Below are positions 48,861 to 62,241 of a stretch of DNA of 64,000 nucleotides, piece after piece. Positions within the stretch are counted from its first letter, which is position 1. Every line of letters begins with the position of its first letter. Under the pieces are notes generated by a model. It was not told the DNA's origin and made no database searches. It was given only the letters and a program-made list of their open reading frames with translations. The translations under genes and the position numbers were made by a program. The stretch comes from Malacoraja senta (taxonomy: Eukaryota): NCBI GenBank assembly GCA_038087875.1, contig CM075998.1:5768001-5832000 (forward strand), read 5' to 3'.

Positions 48861-49946
48861 GTACACAAAAATGCTGGAGAAACTCAGCGGGTGCAGCAGC
48901 ATCTATGTAGCGAAGGAAACAGGCAACGTTTTGAGCCGAAACCCTTCTTCAGACTGATAGGGGGTGGGGAGAAGAAAGGAAAAAAGGCGGAGGAGGAGCC
49001 CGACGGCTGGGGGAGGGGAGGAGACAACCAGAGGGCTGATGAAGGGGAGGGGACAGCAAGGACTAGCAGAATTGGGAGAATTCAATGTTCAAGCCCCCAG
49101 GATGTAGACTGCCCAAGCGGAATATGAGGTGCATTTCCTCCAATTTCCGGTGTTGCTCGCTGTGGCCATGGAGGAGACCCAGGACAGAGAGGTCAGATAC
49201 GGAATGGGAGGGGGAGTTGAAGTGCTGAGCCACCGGGAGGTCAGGTTGGTTATTGCGGACCGACCGGAGGTGTTCGGCAAAACGATCGCCAAGCCTCCGC
49301 TTGGTCTCACCGATGTAGATCAGCTGGCATCTAGAGCAGCGGATGCAATAGATGAGGTTGGAGGAGATGCAGGTGAACCTCTGTCGCACCTGGAACGACT
49401 GCTTAGGTCCTTGAATGGAGTCGAGGGGGGAGGTGAAGGGACAAGTGTTGCATCTCTTGCGGTTGCAAGGGAACGTACCCGGAGAGGGGGTGGTACGGGA
49501 GGGAAGGGAAGAATTGACAAGGGAGTTACGGAGGGAGCGGTCTTTGCGGAAGGCAGACATGGGGGGAGATGGGAAGATGTGGCGAGTGGTGGGGTCACGT
49601 TGGAGGTGGCGAAACTGATGGAGGATCACTTGTTGTATGTGACGGCTGGTGGGGTGAAAGGTGAGGACTAGGGGGACTCTGCCCTTGTTGTGAGTGGGGG
49701 GATGGGGAGAGAGAGCAGTGTTGCGGGGTATGGCAGAGACCCTGGTTCGAGCCTCATCTATGGTGGAGGAGGGGAACCCCCGTTCCCTGAAAAATGAGGA
49801 CATTTCGGATGCCCTGGTGTGGAACGCCTCATCCTGGGAGCAGATGCGGCGTAGACGGAGGAATTGGGAGTGGGGGATGGAGTCCTTACAGGAAGCAGGG
49901 TGGGAAGAAGTGTAGTCCAGATAGCCATGGGAGTCGGTAGGTTTGT
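48861..49946 (-). mobile_element. 5'-truncated Penelope-like retroelement (RT C-terminus plus GIY-YIG)
   Basis: Uninterrupted frame YKPTDSHGYLDYTSSHP...IYIGETKR...NIEFSQFC ending at 49063; 18-bp direct repeat agtggatgtattcacttg at 48843-48860 and 49947-49964. Confidence 0.95.
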
Positions 49947-50206
49947 AGTGGATGTATTCACTTGTTGCCCCGACTGAATTAAGCTGCTTTTCTTCCAGCC
50001 TGAAGGGATGATAAGTGGAGACAAAGCGGCAGCAGAGATTGAACAGAAATATCTGACAACTTTTATAAATTTTATACAAAATGAACAGTGTACAATTTCA
50101 ATCTCAATGTGAGGGTAACACTGACAAGGCTGGCATGGCTCATCCTTATTTGCCTTGAATAATTTGCTAGGACTCCTCTGGCCTTTATAACAAGAGGATT
50201 TCAGTA

Positions 50207-50827
50207 AAGGAGTAAAGAGGTTCTTCTGCAGTTGTATAGGGCTCTGGTAAGACCACATCTGGAGTATTGTGTACAGTTTTGGTCTCCTAATTTGAGGAAG
50301 GACATCCTTGTGATTGAGGCAGTGCAGCGTAGGTTCACGAGATTGATCCCTGGGATGGCGGGACTGTCATATGAGGAAAGATTGAAAAGACTAAGCTTGT
50401 ATTCACTGGAGTTTAGAAGGATGAGGGGGAAATCTTATAGAGACATATAATATTATAAAAGGACTGGATATGCTAGATGCAGGAAAAATGTTCCCAATGT
50501 TGAGCGAGTCCAGAACCAGGGGCCACAGTCTTAGAATAAAGGGGAGGCCATTTAAGACTGAGGTGAGAAAAAACGTTTTCACCCAGAGAGTTGTGAATTT
50601 GGGGAATTCCCTGCCACAGAGGGCAGTGGAGGCCAAATCACTGGATGGATTTAAGAGAGAGTTAGATAGATCTCTAGGGGCTAGTGGAATCAAGGGATAT
50701 GGGGAGAAGGCAGGCACGGGTTATTGATAGGGGACGATCAGCCATGATCACAATGAATGGCGGTGCTGGCTCGAAGGGCCGAATGGCCTCCTCCTGCACC
50801 TATTTTCTATGTTTCTATGTTTCTATG
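50207..50827 (+). mobile_element. CR1-like 3' fragment
   Basis: [18 protein letters not shown]...; (ctatgttt)n tail. Confidence 0.92.
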
Positions 50828-50861
50828 CCTCATCAGAAGACCACTAAACCACATCAGTGGT

Positions 50862-51253
50862 TCAAGGTGGAAAGGGTACAGAGAAGATTTACGAGGATGT
50901 TGCCAGGTCAAGAGGGTGTGAGCTATAGGCAGAGGTTGAGCAGGCTGGGCCTCTATTCCATGGAGCGCAGGAGGATGAGGGGTGATCTTATAGAGGTGTA
51001 TAAAATCATGAGAGGAATAGATCGGGTAGATGCACAGAGTCTCTTGCCAGAGTAGGGGAATCGAGGACCGGAGGACGTAGGTTTGAGGTGAAGGGGAAAC
51101 GATTTAATAGGAATCTGAGGGGTAATTTTTTCACACAAAGGGTGGTGGACCAAATGTGGTCAGGTGGGACTTGTGTAGCTGGGACATGTTGTCCGGTGTG
51201 GGTAAGTTGGGCCGAAGGGCCTGTTTCCACGCTGCATCACTCTATGACTCTAT
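50862..51253 (+). mobile_element. CR1/HER1-like 3' fragment
   Basis: VERVQRRFTRMLPG...RGDLIEVYK. Confidence 0.88.
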
Positions 51254-52264
51254 GGAGATGCCAGAAATGCTGCTGGAGTTGCACTGAACACAAAGCACAC
51301 GATGTTCTCCTTCTATTGGTACAGAGCCTGAGTGCTCTCTCCAGTCCTGTACCGTGGAAAACAGCAAACTGAGAAACGCTGTCGAGATCTACTGTGGCCA
51401 CTTGCAATGACCATGTGGTGAGGAAGTCGAGGGTCAATGTGACCTTGTCAGACTGTAGTCTGGGCACGAGGATGTGGTTGCAGGTCTTGCTGCAGAATGT
51501 CACATATCTCTGTGATCTCAGCCTCAGATCTCCCTCCCTCGTCTGTAAACATGTTAATTGGCAGAGCTCCAGTGATGGGATTGTGTCTATAGAGACTGCC
51601 TGGTGATAGGCTCTTTGCACATGACCTTCCCCGAATCACCTGTAATCCCAGTCGAGAACATCCAGTAACAGCCGACCCTCCACTGAAGCATCTGTGGAAT
51701 TAATTGTTCCGCGGTTTAACTGCTTAAGCAGAAACCATTCCGTGCTCGACTCAGCATGGACTTTGGGGGGTCTGCAGTTAGCTCCAGGAGTGGCCATGAT
51801 ATCGGCAGCTCCTTGATGTGGAACGTTACTGGAAGTGTGCAGTCTAATTCTGCAAAGGGAGCAATTTATTCCGGGTAAAATAGATTTGCAGAGAAAACAG
51901 GAGAACAAATTAGAATTCAGACACGTGAGAATGGGGCAATGCTATAGTATCAGCGGTGTGCACAGCACCCTGGTACCAAGTGTTGTCTGAGATGATCACT
52001 GATCTCAGCATTGACACCTTGGTCATAGTGCACATTTTTGCTCGCCTCGATGAGAGGAGCTTCTCAGCTTCATTGTCCAGAACATGAGAGATACTAGGTA
52101 AGATTTATTTTAAGTACCGGAGTGGAAACCACCCATTCTCTGCATCAGTGTAGTTACACCAAATGACCTATTCAGAGTTGCTGAGTCACTTGCTCAGAGA
52201 CCAGGGAAAAGATGCCGTCGTGATGTCATCATTGATGCTGTTGCTCTCTGCAATGAGGGACGAT

Positions 52265-52540
52265 AGAGAGGGGGGGGAGGGAGGGGAGGGGGAGGGGGAT
52301 AGAGGAGGAGGGGGAGAGGGAGAGGGGGAGGGGGAGAGGGGGGAAGGGGAGAGAGGGAGGGGGAGAGGGAGAGAGGGAGAGGGAGCAGGAGAGAGAGAGG
52401 AAGAGGGGGTGATGGAGGAGAGAGAGGGGGAGGGGGATATGGGGAGAGGGAGTTGGTGAGTGGGGGAGAGGTGGAGCGGGAGATGGGGAATGGGAGAGAG
52501 GGCGAGAGCGAGAGGGGGGGAGAAGGAGAGGAGGGAGGGG
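52265..52540 (+). repeat. GA-rich polypurine low-complexity tract
   Basis: Almost only G and A for about 275 bp. Confidence 0.9.
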
Positions 52541-53159
52541 TGCTGCATTGCTGTTTAGTGATTAAAACATGTTTCACTTGCCAGTCTGGTCAATTAGTTC
52601 AAAGGGAAGATGATGAATGTCTCACTAAATGTATTGCTTGAAGCTGAGAGGAATAATGATGCGTGGGAAAGAACTGCTGACAAAATGTGTGGGTAGGAAC
52701 TGCAGATGCTGGTTTACACTGAAAATAGACACTAAAAGCTGGAGTAACTCAGCGGGTCAGCAACATCTCTGGAGGAAAGGGAATCCTTCTTCAGACCTTT
52801 TTCTCCAGAGATACTGCCTGTCCTACTGAGTTACTCCAGCGTTTTGTGTCTATCTTCAAGGAATAATTATCTTTTTTTTCCCATTAGGTGGGTGGGCAAA
52901 CTTCCAAGATCTAGAAGCATGGATTTGCGGATACTGATTCACAAAAAAAGACCTATATTATCTGTACCTCCACATTTCTGCCTTACAGGAACCATTCAGG
53001 AGAGAACATATCTTGCCCTATTGTAACCAAACCTCTCACAAAAGAGCCATTAAAAATATTGTCTCTTTATGTTGTATTTTTCCACTTGAAAATAATTGCC
53101 TCCCCTCAACTCCCATATACTATCTCTCAGTCAAATGGGAAGCATCCAGTAAGCCCACT

Positions 53160-53345
53160 GGCCATGAGCTGCCAGAGGAGGTAGTTGAGGCAGGGACTAT
53201 AACCACTTTTAAAAGGCATTTGGACAGGTACATGGATAGGACAGGTTTGGAGGGATATGGACCAAACGCGGACAGGTGGGACTAATGTAGCTGGGACATT
53301 GTTGGGCTGAAGGGCCTGTTTCCGCGCTGTATCACTCTATGACTC
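53160..53345 (+). mobile_element. CR1/HER1-like 3' end
   Basis: ELPEEVVEAGTITTFKRHLDRYM plus tail. Confidence 0.85.
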
Positions 53346-53755
53346 CATCACAAACTTAACAGAATAGGAGAAAAATACAGGAAAAAACAGGAGGTAAATC
53401 TAATCCTGAATTTTCACCAAAGCTGCGCTGTAACCGAGACTTATAGGTGTGCCTGAAAATGGGTGTGATGTGAAAATGGCTTAATTGTTTTCACCTGCCT
53501 GCAGGGTGGCTTTACAACAAACCAACCATTCATCCACAGTGAGAACCATTGCTGTATTTTGCGATGGTATGGAATGGCACGGCATATCTGCTCCTCTAAA
53601 AGGTTAAAATCTAGACTGATGTAGTCTAGTTAGTAGCATTGTGTGAACTGTTATAGGCGTACCAATACTTATCTGTCCGCAAACAAAATACTAGTAAGAA
53701 CCATGTCTTCCCTCCCTATTCTGGAGCTATCTGTGACTCCTCTGCTGCACTAGTA

Positions 53756-54108
53756 GAGTCAAAGAGTGATACAGCGTGGAAACATGCCCTTCAGCCCAAC
53801 TTGCCCAACCGGCCAGCTGTCTGTGACTCCCCAGCTACACTAGTCCCACATACCCGCATTTGGTCCATATCCCTCCAAACCTGTCCTATCTATGTACCTG
53901 TCCAACTGTTTCTTAAATGTTGGGATAATCCCTGCATCAACGTCCTCTGGCAGCTCGTTCCATGCACCCTCCGCCCTCTGTGTGGAAAAGTTACCCCTCG
54001 GGTTCCCATTAAATCTTTCCTCTTCACCTTAAACCTATGTCCTCTGGTCCTCGATTCCCCCACTCGAGGCAAGAGACTCTGTGCATCTACCCGATCTATT
54101 CTCACGAT
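53756..54108 (-). mobile_element. CR1/HER1-like 3' end
   Basis: IDRVDAQSLLPRVGESRTRGHRFKV. Confidence 0.85.
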
Positions 54109-54628
54109 GTTATCTCCAAGGCGTAGCCAGCCATTCATTGCACCCAGAGCTCCCTTGAGGAATGTCGATCTCTCCAGGAATAGAAAGGGTTGCCTCAGGT
54201 TGCCAAAAATAGACACAAAGTGCTGGAGTAACTTAGCGGGCCAGGCAGCATCTGTGGAGAACATGGATGGGCGAGGTTTCCGGTTGGGACCCTTCTTCAG
54301 ACTATTTAGTCTGAATGTCGCCTATGCATGTTCATCCAGAGATGCTGTCTGACCCGCTGAGTTACTCCAGCACTTTGTGTATTTTTTTAGTAAACTGGCA
54401 TCTGCAGTTCCTCGTGTCCACAGGTTGCCGTTGATCCTGGGAAGCGTGCCGACTGAGAGGCCATGTTGAGAGGTGAATTGGTGCTCTCGAGAGGGGGAGC
54501 ATCAGCTCCCTGAAGGTACATGCCAGGCCACCTCTCAGGGCAACGGGTAGACATGGTGGCGTGGGCAGTCGGCACATAGCTTCACCCCTCAGCTGTGGGG
54601 CTGAGCTGGCACCACCCCAATCACTGGA

Positions 54629-54769
54629 AGAAGGAACTGCAGATGCTGGTTTAAACTGAGGATAGGCACAAAAAAAGCTGGACTAACTCAGCATGTCACC
54701 TACAGTATTTATTTTCTCCAGAGATACTGTCCGACCCGCTGAGATACTCCAGCATTTTGTGCCTATTTT
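54629..54769. mobile_element. Palindromic Penelope-tail insertion with TSD
   Basis: cccaatcactgga at 54616-54628 and 54770-54782. Confidence 0.8.
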
Positions 54770-54967
54770 CCCAATCACTGGAGCCTCGTTAACCATCTCC
54801 TATCAAGTCAGCGCTCTGTGCAGGAGGACCCTGCTCACGGGAGGCGGGTGCCGGCGTGCAGGAATACGTCTGGTTTCCCACCTCCCATTTCTCTGCTCCT
54901 GCATGGGAGTAATCTGCTGACGTGCCACATCTCTCTGTCCATACAGAGCTACGAGCTGCTCACTAAT

Positions 54968-56147
54968 CAAGAGTCAAGAGTGTTTTATTGTCATATGCCC
55001 CAAATAATTCTCACTTGCAGCAGCACAACAGATATGTAAACATAGTATGCCGTAAAACCCATAATAAACAACAGCAAAAAAAGTTGAGTATATATAGTTC
55101 GGAGTTCAGTATATATTCAGTCTATGTAGTTCGTAGCCTATTTGGAAGTTGTAGTGATTAATAGCATGAAGGCTGTAGGGAAGAAGCTGTTCCTGAACCT
55201 GGACGTTACAGTTTTCAGGCTCCTGTACCTTCTTCCCGATGGCAGGGGTGGAATAAGAGCGTGGCCAGGGTGGTGTGGGTCTCTGATCATGCTGGCTGCC
55301 TTTTTGAGGCAGCGACTCCTGTAGATCCCTTCGATGGTGGGGAGGTCAGTACCCGTGATGGACTGGGCAGTGTTCACCACTATTTGCAGTCTCCTGCACT
55401 CCTGGACGTTCGAGTTGCTGAACCAGGCCGTGATGCAAGTGGTCAATATGCTCTCGACTGTCCACCTGTAGAAGGCCAAGAGAGTATTGTCGACATTCCG
55501 AATCTCCTCAATCTTCTCAGGATGTAGAGGTGTTGATGGGCATTCTTTATGATTGGGTCCAGGACAGAACTTCAGAGATATGCACGCCCAGGAATTAGAA
55601 GTTTTTGACTCTCTCCTCCATCGTCCCATTGATATAAACGGGACTGTGGGTCCTCATCCTACCCCTTCCAAAGTCCACAATCAGTTCCTTGGTTTTGCTG
55701 GTGTTGAGAGCCTGGTTATTGTGCTGGCACCATTTGGTCAATCGGTCGATCTCACTTCTATACTCTGACTCATCTCCATCGGTGATACGTTCCACAACAG
55801 TGGTGTCATCGGTGAACTTGAAGATGGAGTTCGCACTATGTCCGGCTACACAGTCATGAGTATAGAGTGAATACAGCAGGGGGCTGAGCACGCAGCCTTG
55901 AGGTGCTCCCGTACTGATGGTTATTGAGGATGACACATTTCCACCAATACGGACAGACTGTGGTCTGTGGATGAGGAAGTCGAGGATTCAATTGCAGAGG
56001 GATGCGCAGAGACCCAGTTCCGTGATCTTGATAAACAGCTTGGACGGGAGCCTCTTTGGAGGTTGTAGTGTTTAATAGCCTGATGGTTATTGGGAAGCAG
56101 CTGCTCCTGAACCTGGACGTTACCGTTTTCAGGCTCCTGTACCTTCT
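54968..56147 (-). mobile_element. Rex1/Babar-clade LINE 3' half (RT), frameshifted, with short duplicate at about 56056-56147
   Basis: [22 protein letters not shown]...[25 protein letters not shown]...RFRNSFFP; (ctcttga)n tail. Confidence 0.92.
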
Positions 56148-56560
56148 GTCAGTCTGTCAAGGCTGTGCAGACAAGTTTATTGTGTGCAAATTGGCTGCTG
56201 CATTTCTGTCGAGACTGGTGACCTTTTGGCATTCGAGCACTCCTGATGTTGTATAAGGCACAATATAAAGATGTCTTTCTTTGAATTCATAGAGAAGTAT
56301 GAATAGCTTCTCTTTGATGAGATTGCTCATCAGCTTTGTCTCCTTTTTCTGGTGTGCCACAGAACTTTGTGGTGGTGACACAAGAAACTGCAGATGCTAC
56401 AATCTTGAGTAAGTGCTGGAGTAACTCAGCGGGTTGGGCAGCATCTGTGTAGGGAATGGGCAGGTACCCTTCTTCTGTTGTCTTGAGTTTAGTTTATTGT
56501 TACGTGCACCAAGGCACAGTGAAAAGCTTTTGTTGCGTGCTAACCAGTCAGCGGAAAGAC

Positions 56561-57395
56561 TTAGACTTAGATTCCTTTATTGTCATTTAGACCTTTCGGT
56601 CTGAACGAAATTTCGTTGCCTGCAGTCAAACATATAATAAATAACAAAACACACAATAAACACAAATTAACATCCACCACAGTGAGTTCACCAGGCACCT
56701 CCTCACTGTGATGGAGTCAAAAGTCTTAAAGTCTCTGTCTCTTCCCTCTTTGTTCTCCCTCTGCGCTGAGGCGATCCAGGCTTCTGACGTTGTGACCCCG
56801 CCGGGTGATGGTAAGTCAGTCCCGCGGCTGAATCCGTGCTCCGCTCCGCGACGGGCCGGTTCAAACTCCGCGGCCCGGGATGGCCGAAGCTGCCGCCCTC
56901 CAGTCCAGCGGACGCAGCTGTAGTTGCGGGAGCCCCAGAAAAACAGGGTAACCCACCTGTGACCTGCGAGCTCCCGACGATGTCGTCCACCGGGCCCGCG
57001 GCCGCGGCCGAGCCTCCGGACTCAGGTCGCCACCAGCGTCCTCGGTCGCCACCGCCAGAACGCCACCGCAGCCCCGAAGCCGGCCAGCCCCGCGCTGGTA
57101 AGTCCTGGCTCTGCCTCTGGAGCCTCGAGGTCGGTCGGTCGCAGTTGGAGTTGGAGGCCGGCAGCTCCGCCATTTTGGCCTCAGCGCAGACGGAGGCAGA
57201 GAAGGGGGATACGACAAGAAAAAGTCGCATTCCCCCGAAGGAGAGACAAAAAACATGTTTCACCCCCCCCCCCCAACACATACACAACCCAATAAACTAA
57301 AATTTGATTAAAACAGGACAAAAAGAAAACAACAAAAAAAGTAAAAACAGACGGACTGCAGGCGAGCCGCAGCTGTGCAACAGCACCGCCACTTC
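56561..57395 (-). mobile_element. GC-rich non-coding retroelement with Rex1-like tail
   Basis: Shares 5' ctcgcctgcag and internal blocks with 21062-21835; tail gacaataaaggaa(tctaag)n; splits a Rex1 3' UTR (56488-56560 / 57417-57530 / 58405-58475). Confidence 0.75.
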
Positions 57396-57530
57396 TAGAT
57401 TTTACATGATTCCGGACAATACATGATTACAATCAAGCCATTCGCTTGTCCAGACACATGCTAAGGGAATAACGTTTAGTGCAAGGTAAAGCCAGTAAAG
57501 TCCGATCAAAGATAGTCCGAGGGTCACCAA

Positions 57531-58398
57531 TAGACAATAGACAATAGGTGCAGGAGTAGGCCATTCGGCCCTTCGAGCCAGCACCGCCATTCAATGTGAT
57601 CATGGCTGATCATCCCCAATCAGTACCCCGTTCCTGCCTTCTCCCCATATCCTCTGACTCCGCAATTTTTAAGAGCCCTATCGAGCTCTCTCTTGAATGC
57701 ATCCAGAGAACCTGCCTCCACCGCCCTCTGAGGCAGAGAATTCCACAGACTCACCACTCTCTGTGAGAAAAAGTGTTTCCTCGTCTCTGTTCTAAATGGC
57801 TTACTCCTTATTCTTAAACTGTGGACCATGGTTCTGGACTCCCCCAACATCGGAAACATGTTTCCTGCCTCTAGCGTGTCCAAACCCTTAACAATCTTAT
57901 ATGTTTTGATGAGATCCCCTCTCATCCTTCTAAACTCCAGAGTGTACAAGCCCTGCTGCTCCATTCTCTCAGCATATGACAGTCGTGCCATCTCGGGAAT
58001 TAAACTTGTAAACATACGCTGCACCCTCAATAGCAAAAATGTCCTTCCTCAAATTAGGGGACCAAAACTGCACACAATACTCCAGGTGTGGTCTCACTAG
58101 GGCTCTGCACAACTGCAGAAGGACCTCTTTGCTCCTATATTCCATTCCTCTTGTTATAAAGGCCAACATGCCATTCGCTTTCTTCACTGCCTGCTGTACC
58201 TACATGCTTACTTTCATAGACTGATGAACAAGGACCCCCAGATCCCGTTGTACTTCCACTTTTCCCAACTTGACACCATTTAGATAATAATCTGCCTTCC
58301 TGTTTTTGCTACCAAAGTGGATAACCTCACATTTATCCGCATTAAACTTCATCTGCCATGCATCTGCCCACTCCCCAACCTGTCCAAGTCACCCTGCA
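57531..58398 (-). mobile_element. CR1-like 3' fragment
   Basis: [25 protein letters not shown]...; (ctattgt)n tail. Confidence 0.92.
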
Positions 58399-58861
58399 TT
58401 CATAGCAATGTGGTAGAATGTAGTTCAGGGCTGCTCTCTGGTTGTGATAGGATGGTTCAGTTGCCTGATAACAGTTAACAGTGTTGCTCACTGGGCAGCT
58501 GTAACCTGTTATCTCAGTGACATTAATAGTTGCTATACATGCGAGAGAGAGGTGATACTGTAGATAGGAACCGCACGCGCCAATCACTTGTCAGTCCTAT
58601 TGTTGCTCCAAACGATGTCAGAGTTTGCAGGCTCATAACTTCTGATCTTTTTCAACTCCCACGGTTATGGGTTGCACACACGGTTGTCGGCCTGGAGAAA
58701 TCTGAACAGCTGTCAGCACAGCAGCTGGCTTCATCCAATACACAATGAATTCTTTCAGAGGGAAGGTTTGCAGTGTGGAGCCGACAGCCTCATGGACCCA
58801 GATCACACAGTAGGCAATGTCCATCCAAATACTTATTGCCTTTCTTTCCTTGTGTTTCTTA

Positions 58862-59450
58862 GTCATAAAGTGATAGAATGATACAGTGTGGAAACAGGCC
58901 CTTCAGCCCAACTTGCCCATACCTGCCAACATGTCCCACCTGCCTGCGTTTGGTCCATATCCCTCCAAACCTGTCCCTGTCTAATTGTTTCTTAAAAAGT
59001 TGGGATAGTCCCGGCCTCAACTACCTCCTGTGGCAGCTCGTTCCATACACCCACCACCCTTTGTGTGGAAAAATTACCCCTCAGATTCCTATTAAATCTT
59101 TTCCCATTCACCTTCAACCTATGTAATCCGGTCCTCGATTCACCTACTCTGGGCAAGAGACTCTGTGCATCTACCAGATCTATTCCTCTCATGATTTTAT
59201 ATACCTCTATAAGATCACCCCTCATCCTCCAGCGCTCCAAGGAATAGAGACCCAGCCTACTCAACCTCTCCCTGTAGCTCACACCCTCTAGTCCTGGCAA
59301 CATCCAGTAAATCTTCTCTGTACCCTTTCCAGCTTGACAATTTATTTCCTATAACATGGTGCCCAGAACTGAACACAATATCGGTCTCACCAACATCTTA
59401 TACAACTGCAACATGACCTCCCAACTTCTATGATCTGACTGATGAAGGCA
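58862..59450 (-). mobile_element. CR1/HER1-like 3' fragment
   Basis: MLPGLEGVSYRERLSRLGLYSLE...WNELP. Confidence 0.9.
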
Positions 59451-59693
59451 TTCTCTTTCATTCTCACTTCCACTTTCCTTTTCTCCCTCACACTCATGTT
59501 CTCACCCTTTCAATCTCTCTCACTCTTTTTCTCACACGTTCTCCTCAACCATACTTTGCACTTCCCTCCATCTTTATTTTAACAGCATATTTAGGCACAC
59601 TGACTGGAAGGCTGGAGTAATCTGACCAATCTGACCCAGCCTCCACAAGTAAGCAAGCAGCTCAGCATCAGTGATAAGCCTCAGATTTTGAGG

Positions 59694-60090
59694 ATAGACA
59701 CAAAGTGCTGGAGTAACTCAGCGGGTCAGGCAGCATCTGTGGAGAACATGCATGGGTGATATTTTGGGTCAGAACCTTTCTTCGGACTGAAAAATGGAGA
59801 TGTGAGGTTGAAACTGGAGGCGTGGAAAGGCCAGAACAAACAACAGATGACCTCAGGAAGGGTGGAGCCCACAATGGGCCATTGTTGGCTGGGGAAGATG
59901 CGCTAACGAGAGGGATACAAGGAACTGTGGAACTGGTGGGATGACTAGGGTGAGGGGGAGGGGGTGGGGTGGGTGGGAGAGGGGAGGGGAAAGGAAGGAA
60001 TGGAGTAGTTACTTAAAATGAGAGAGAGCAAGGATCAGACCGCTGGCTTTCAAGCTGCCCAAGTGAAATATGACATGCTGTTCCTCCAAC
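59694..60090 (-). mobile_element. Penelope-like 3' fragment
   Basis: LEEQHVIFHLGSL plus tail. Confidence 0.75.
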
Positions 60091-61399
60091 GTGCGTGTTT
60101 TGTTTTGGACACATGATATTGTGCCGAGGATAATTCTCAATGTGATGCAGTGAAAATGCAGTGATGCAGCCTGCTGGGCTGGGTGTGAGATGAAATCCCC
60201 TCTCCCCGTAACCACCCTGCTGGGCTGGGTCTTGTTGCAGGAATGTCAAGCTGGGCATCAGAAGCTAAATGCTGCCACTTAGATATCACACCCAGGGAGC
60301 AGAAGAGCGGAGCTACAGCTGACAGCAGTGAACTGGAGCGGCTCTGTTGCTCTGCTTTCTCCCTGTGGGCTGCATCCTAGATGCTGTAAATTGAGGGCAC
60401 CTCCGTTTCTTTCCTAAAAGGGACAGAGCGGCTGATAAGTGGGCATGTCTGGGTCTGGGAATGAAGTGCTTCTTGTCTGTATTAAGTCAGACCGGGACTC
60501 TCTTCACAATGGGCCAGTTTGGAAAGTGACTATAAAATATCCCAGCTAGTCCAGGCATGCAGCAAACGATTGCTGAACCGATTCATGGCTTGGCTTTGAG
60601 AGTGAATGTCGACTCTGCTCAACAGTGTGGATGCTCTGTGGATCCGTGCTCAGAATGGGACCACGTATTTCCCGTGTATGAGTTAGCTGAGTTAGCTGAT
60701 TGTAAACTCGGCAACAGTGGAAGTGTTACAGTCCCTTTCTGTGTCCTTGGGCAGCAGAGTAGAAGCTTGAAAACAAATGAGTCAGGCTTCCTCATCCTGA
60801 TTGCAGGGCCAGGAAGACATGAGGAATGCCAGTCCTCAAGGACAGCCTGGAATTCAATTGAACGTGATAATCATTGTTGCAACCGACCAGGAGAAATATC
60901 ACTGATGAAATTGTGTGCTTATTTTTTCCATTCTCTTCAATACCTGTCCTCCCTATATCTATCTTTTTTTTAGTTTTGTTCAGAGATACAGCGCGGAAAC
61001 AGGCCCGTCGGTCCCCCGAGTCCACTCCGACCAGCGATCCCCACACACTAACTGACCCTGGGGCTGCCCCGGCCGGTGACTGATCCAGCAAGGGTTAAAA
61101 GTCGGCACATGACTGAAAGGAAAATGATGTAATTCCTTCCAAATCACAATCTGCCATCACCCAGTGGCAGGCAGGAGGTCAGGAGTATTACTTACTGACT
61201 CCGGTCAATACCGTTAAGTGGCAATATCAATTTACAGCATATTTCTATTACTTAGTAACCCTCGTCACCCTCTCCCATTATGAGCACTCTGGTCATCGTT
61301 TGAGCCACGGAGCTTCCTACCATTGCCATGGCCATTTATCATAGGTACCTTCCCTTCCCCTTCATGTGGCTGAATGACATGCAAAGTAGGGGCGGTCAT

Positions 61400-62241
61400 G
61401 GGGAGGCGATTCAGAAATCGGAGATGCAAAGGGATTTGGGAGTGCTGGTGCAGGATTCCCAAAAAGTTAATTTACAAGTCGAATTAGTAGTAAAGAAGGC
61501 AAATGCAATGCTAGCATTGATTCCGAGAGGATTAGAATATAAAACCAGGGATGTAATGCTGAGGCTCTATAACACACTGGTCAGACTGCATTTGGAGTAT
61601 TGTGAGCAGTTTTGGGCCCCATATCTGAGGAAGGATGTGCTGACTCTGGAGAGCGTCCAGAGGAGGTTTACAAGAATGATCCCAGGAATGAGTGGGTTAA
61701 CATATGATGAGCGTTTGTTGGCACTGGGCCTGTACTCGCTGGAGTTTAGAAGTATGAGGGGGGGACCTCATTGAAACTTACCGCATAATGAAAGGCCTGG
61801 ATAGAGTGGATGTGGAGAGGATGTTTCCACTAGTGGGAGAGTCTAGAACCAGAGGGCACAGCCTCAGAATAAAAGGACGTACCTTTAGAATGGAGATGAG
61901 GAGGAATTTTTTTCTGTCCCTGTCTAACTGTTTCTTAAATGATTGGATAGTCCCAGCCTCAACTACCTCCTCTGGCAGCTTGTTCCATACACCCACCACC
62001 CTCTGTGTGAAAAGTTACCCCTCAGATTCCTATTAAATCTTTTCCCCTTCACCTAAACCTATGTCCTCTGGTCCTCGATTCCCCTACTCTGGGCAAGAGA
62101 CTCTGTGCATCTACCCGATCTATTCCTCTCATGATTTTATACACCTCTATAAGATCACCCCTCATCCTCCTGCGCTCCAAGGAATAGAGTCCCAGCCTGC
62201 TCAACCTCTCCCTGTAGCTCAGACCCTCAAATCCTGGCATC
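61400..62241. mobile_element. Two abutting CR1-like fragments (+ to about 61912, - from about 61914)
   Basis: QRDLGVLVQDSQK...LEYCEQFWAP on +; MMPGFEGLSYRERL on -. Confidence 0.88.

Noticed and set aside
49947..50079. N-terminal extension of the 338-aa ORF
   Set aside because: Lies beyond the target duplication; flanking DNA that is open by chance.
52163..52641. Gly/Glu-rich and Pro/Ser-rich ORFs
   Set aside because: Artefacts of the GA-rich low-complexity tract.
56703..57300. Overlapping 130-194-aa ORFs (likewise 21190-21833 and 44151-44733)
   Set aside because: GC-rich repeats lack stop codons in several frames; no domain recognised and frames not shared between related copies.
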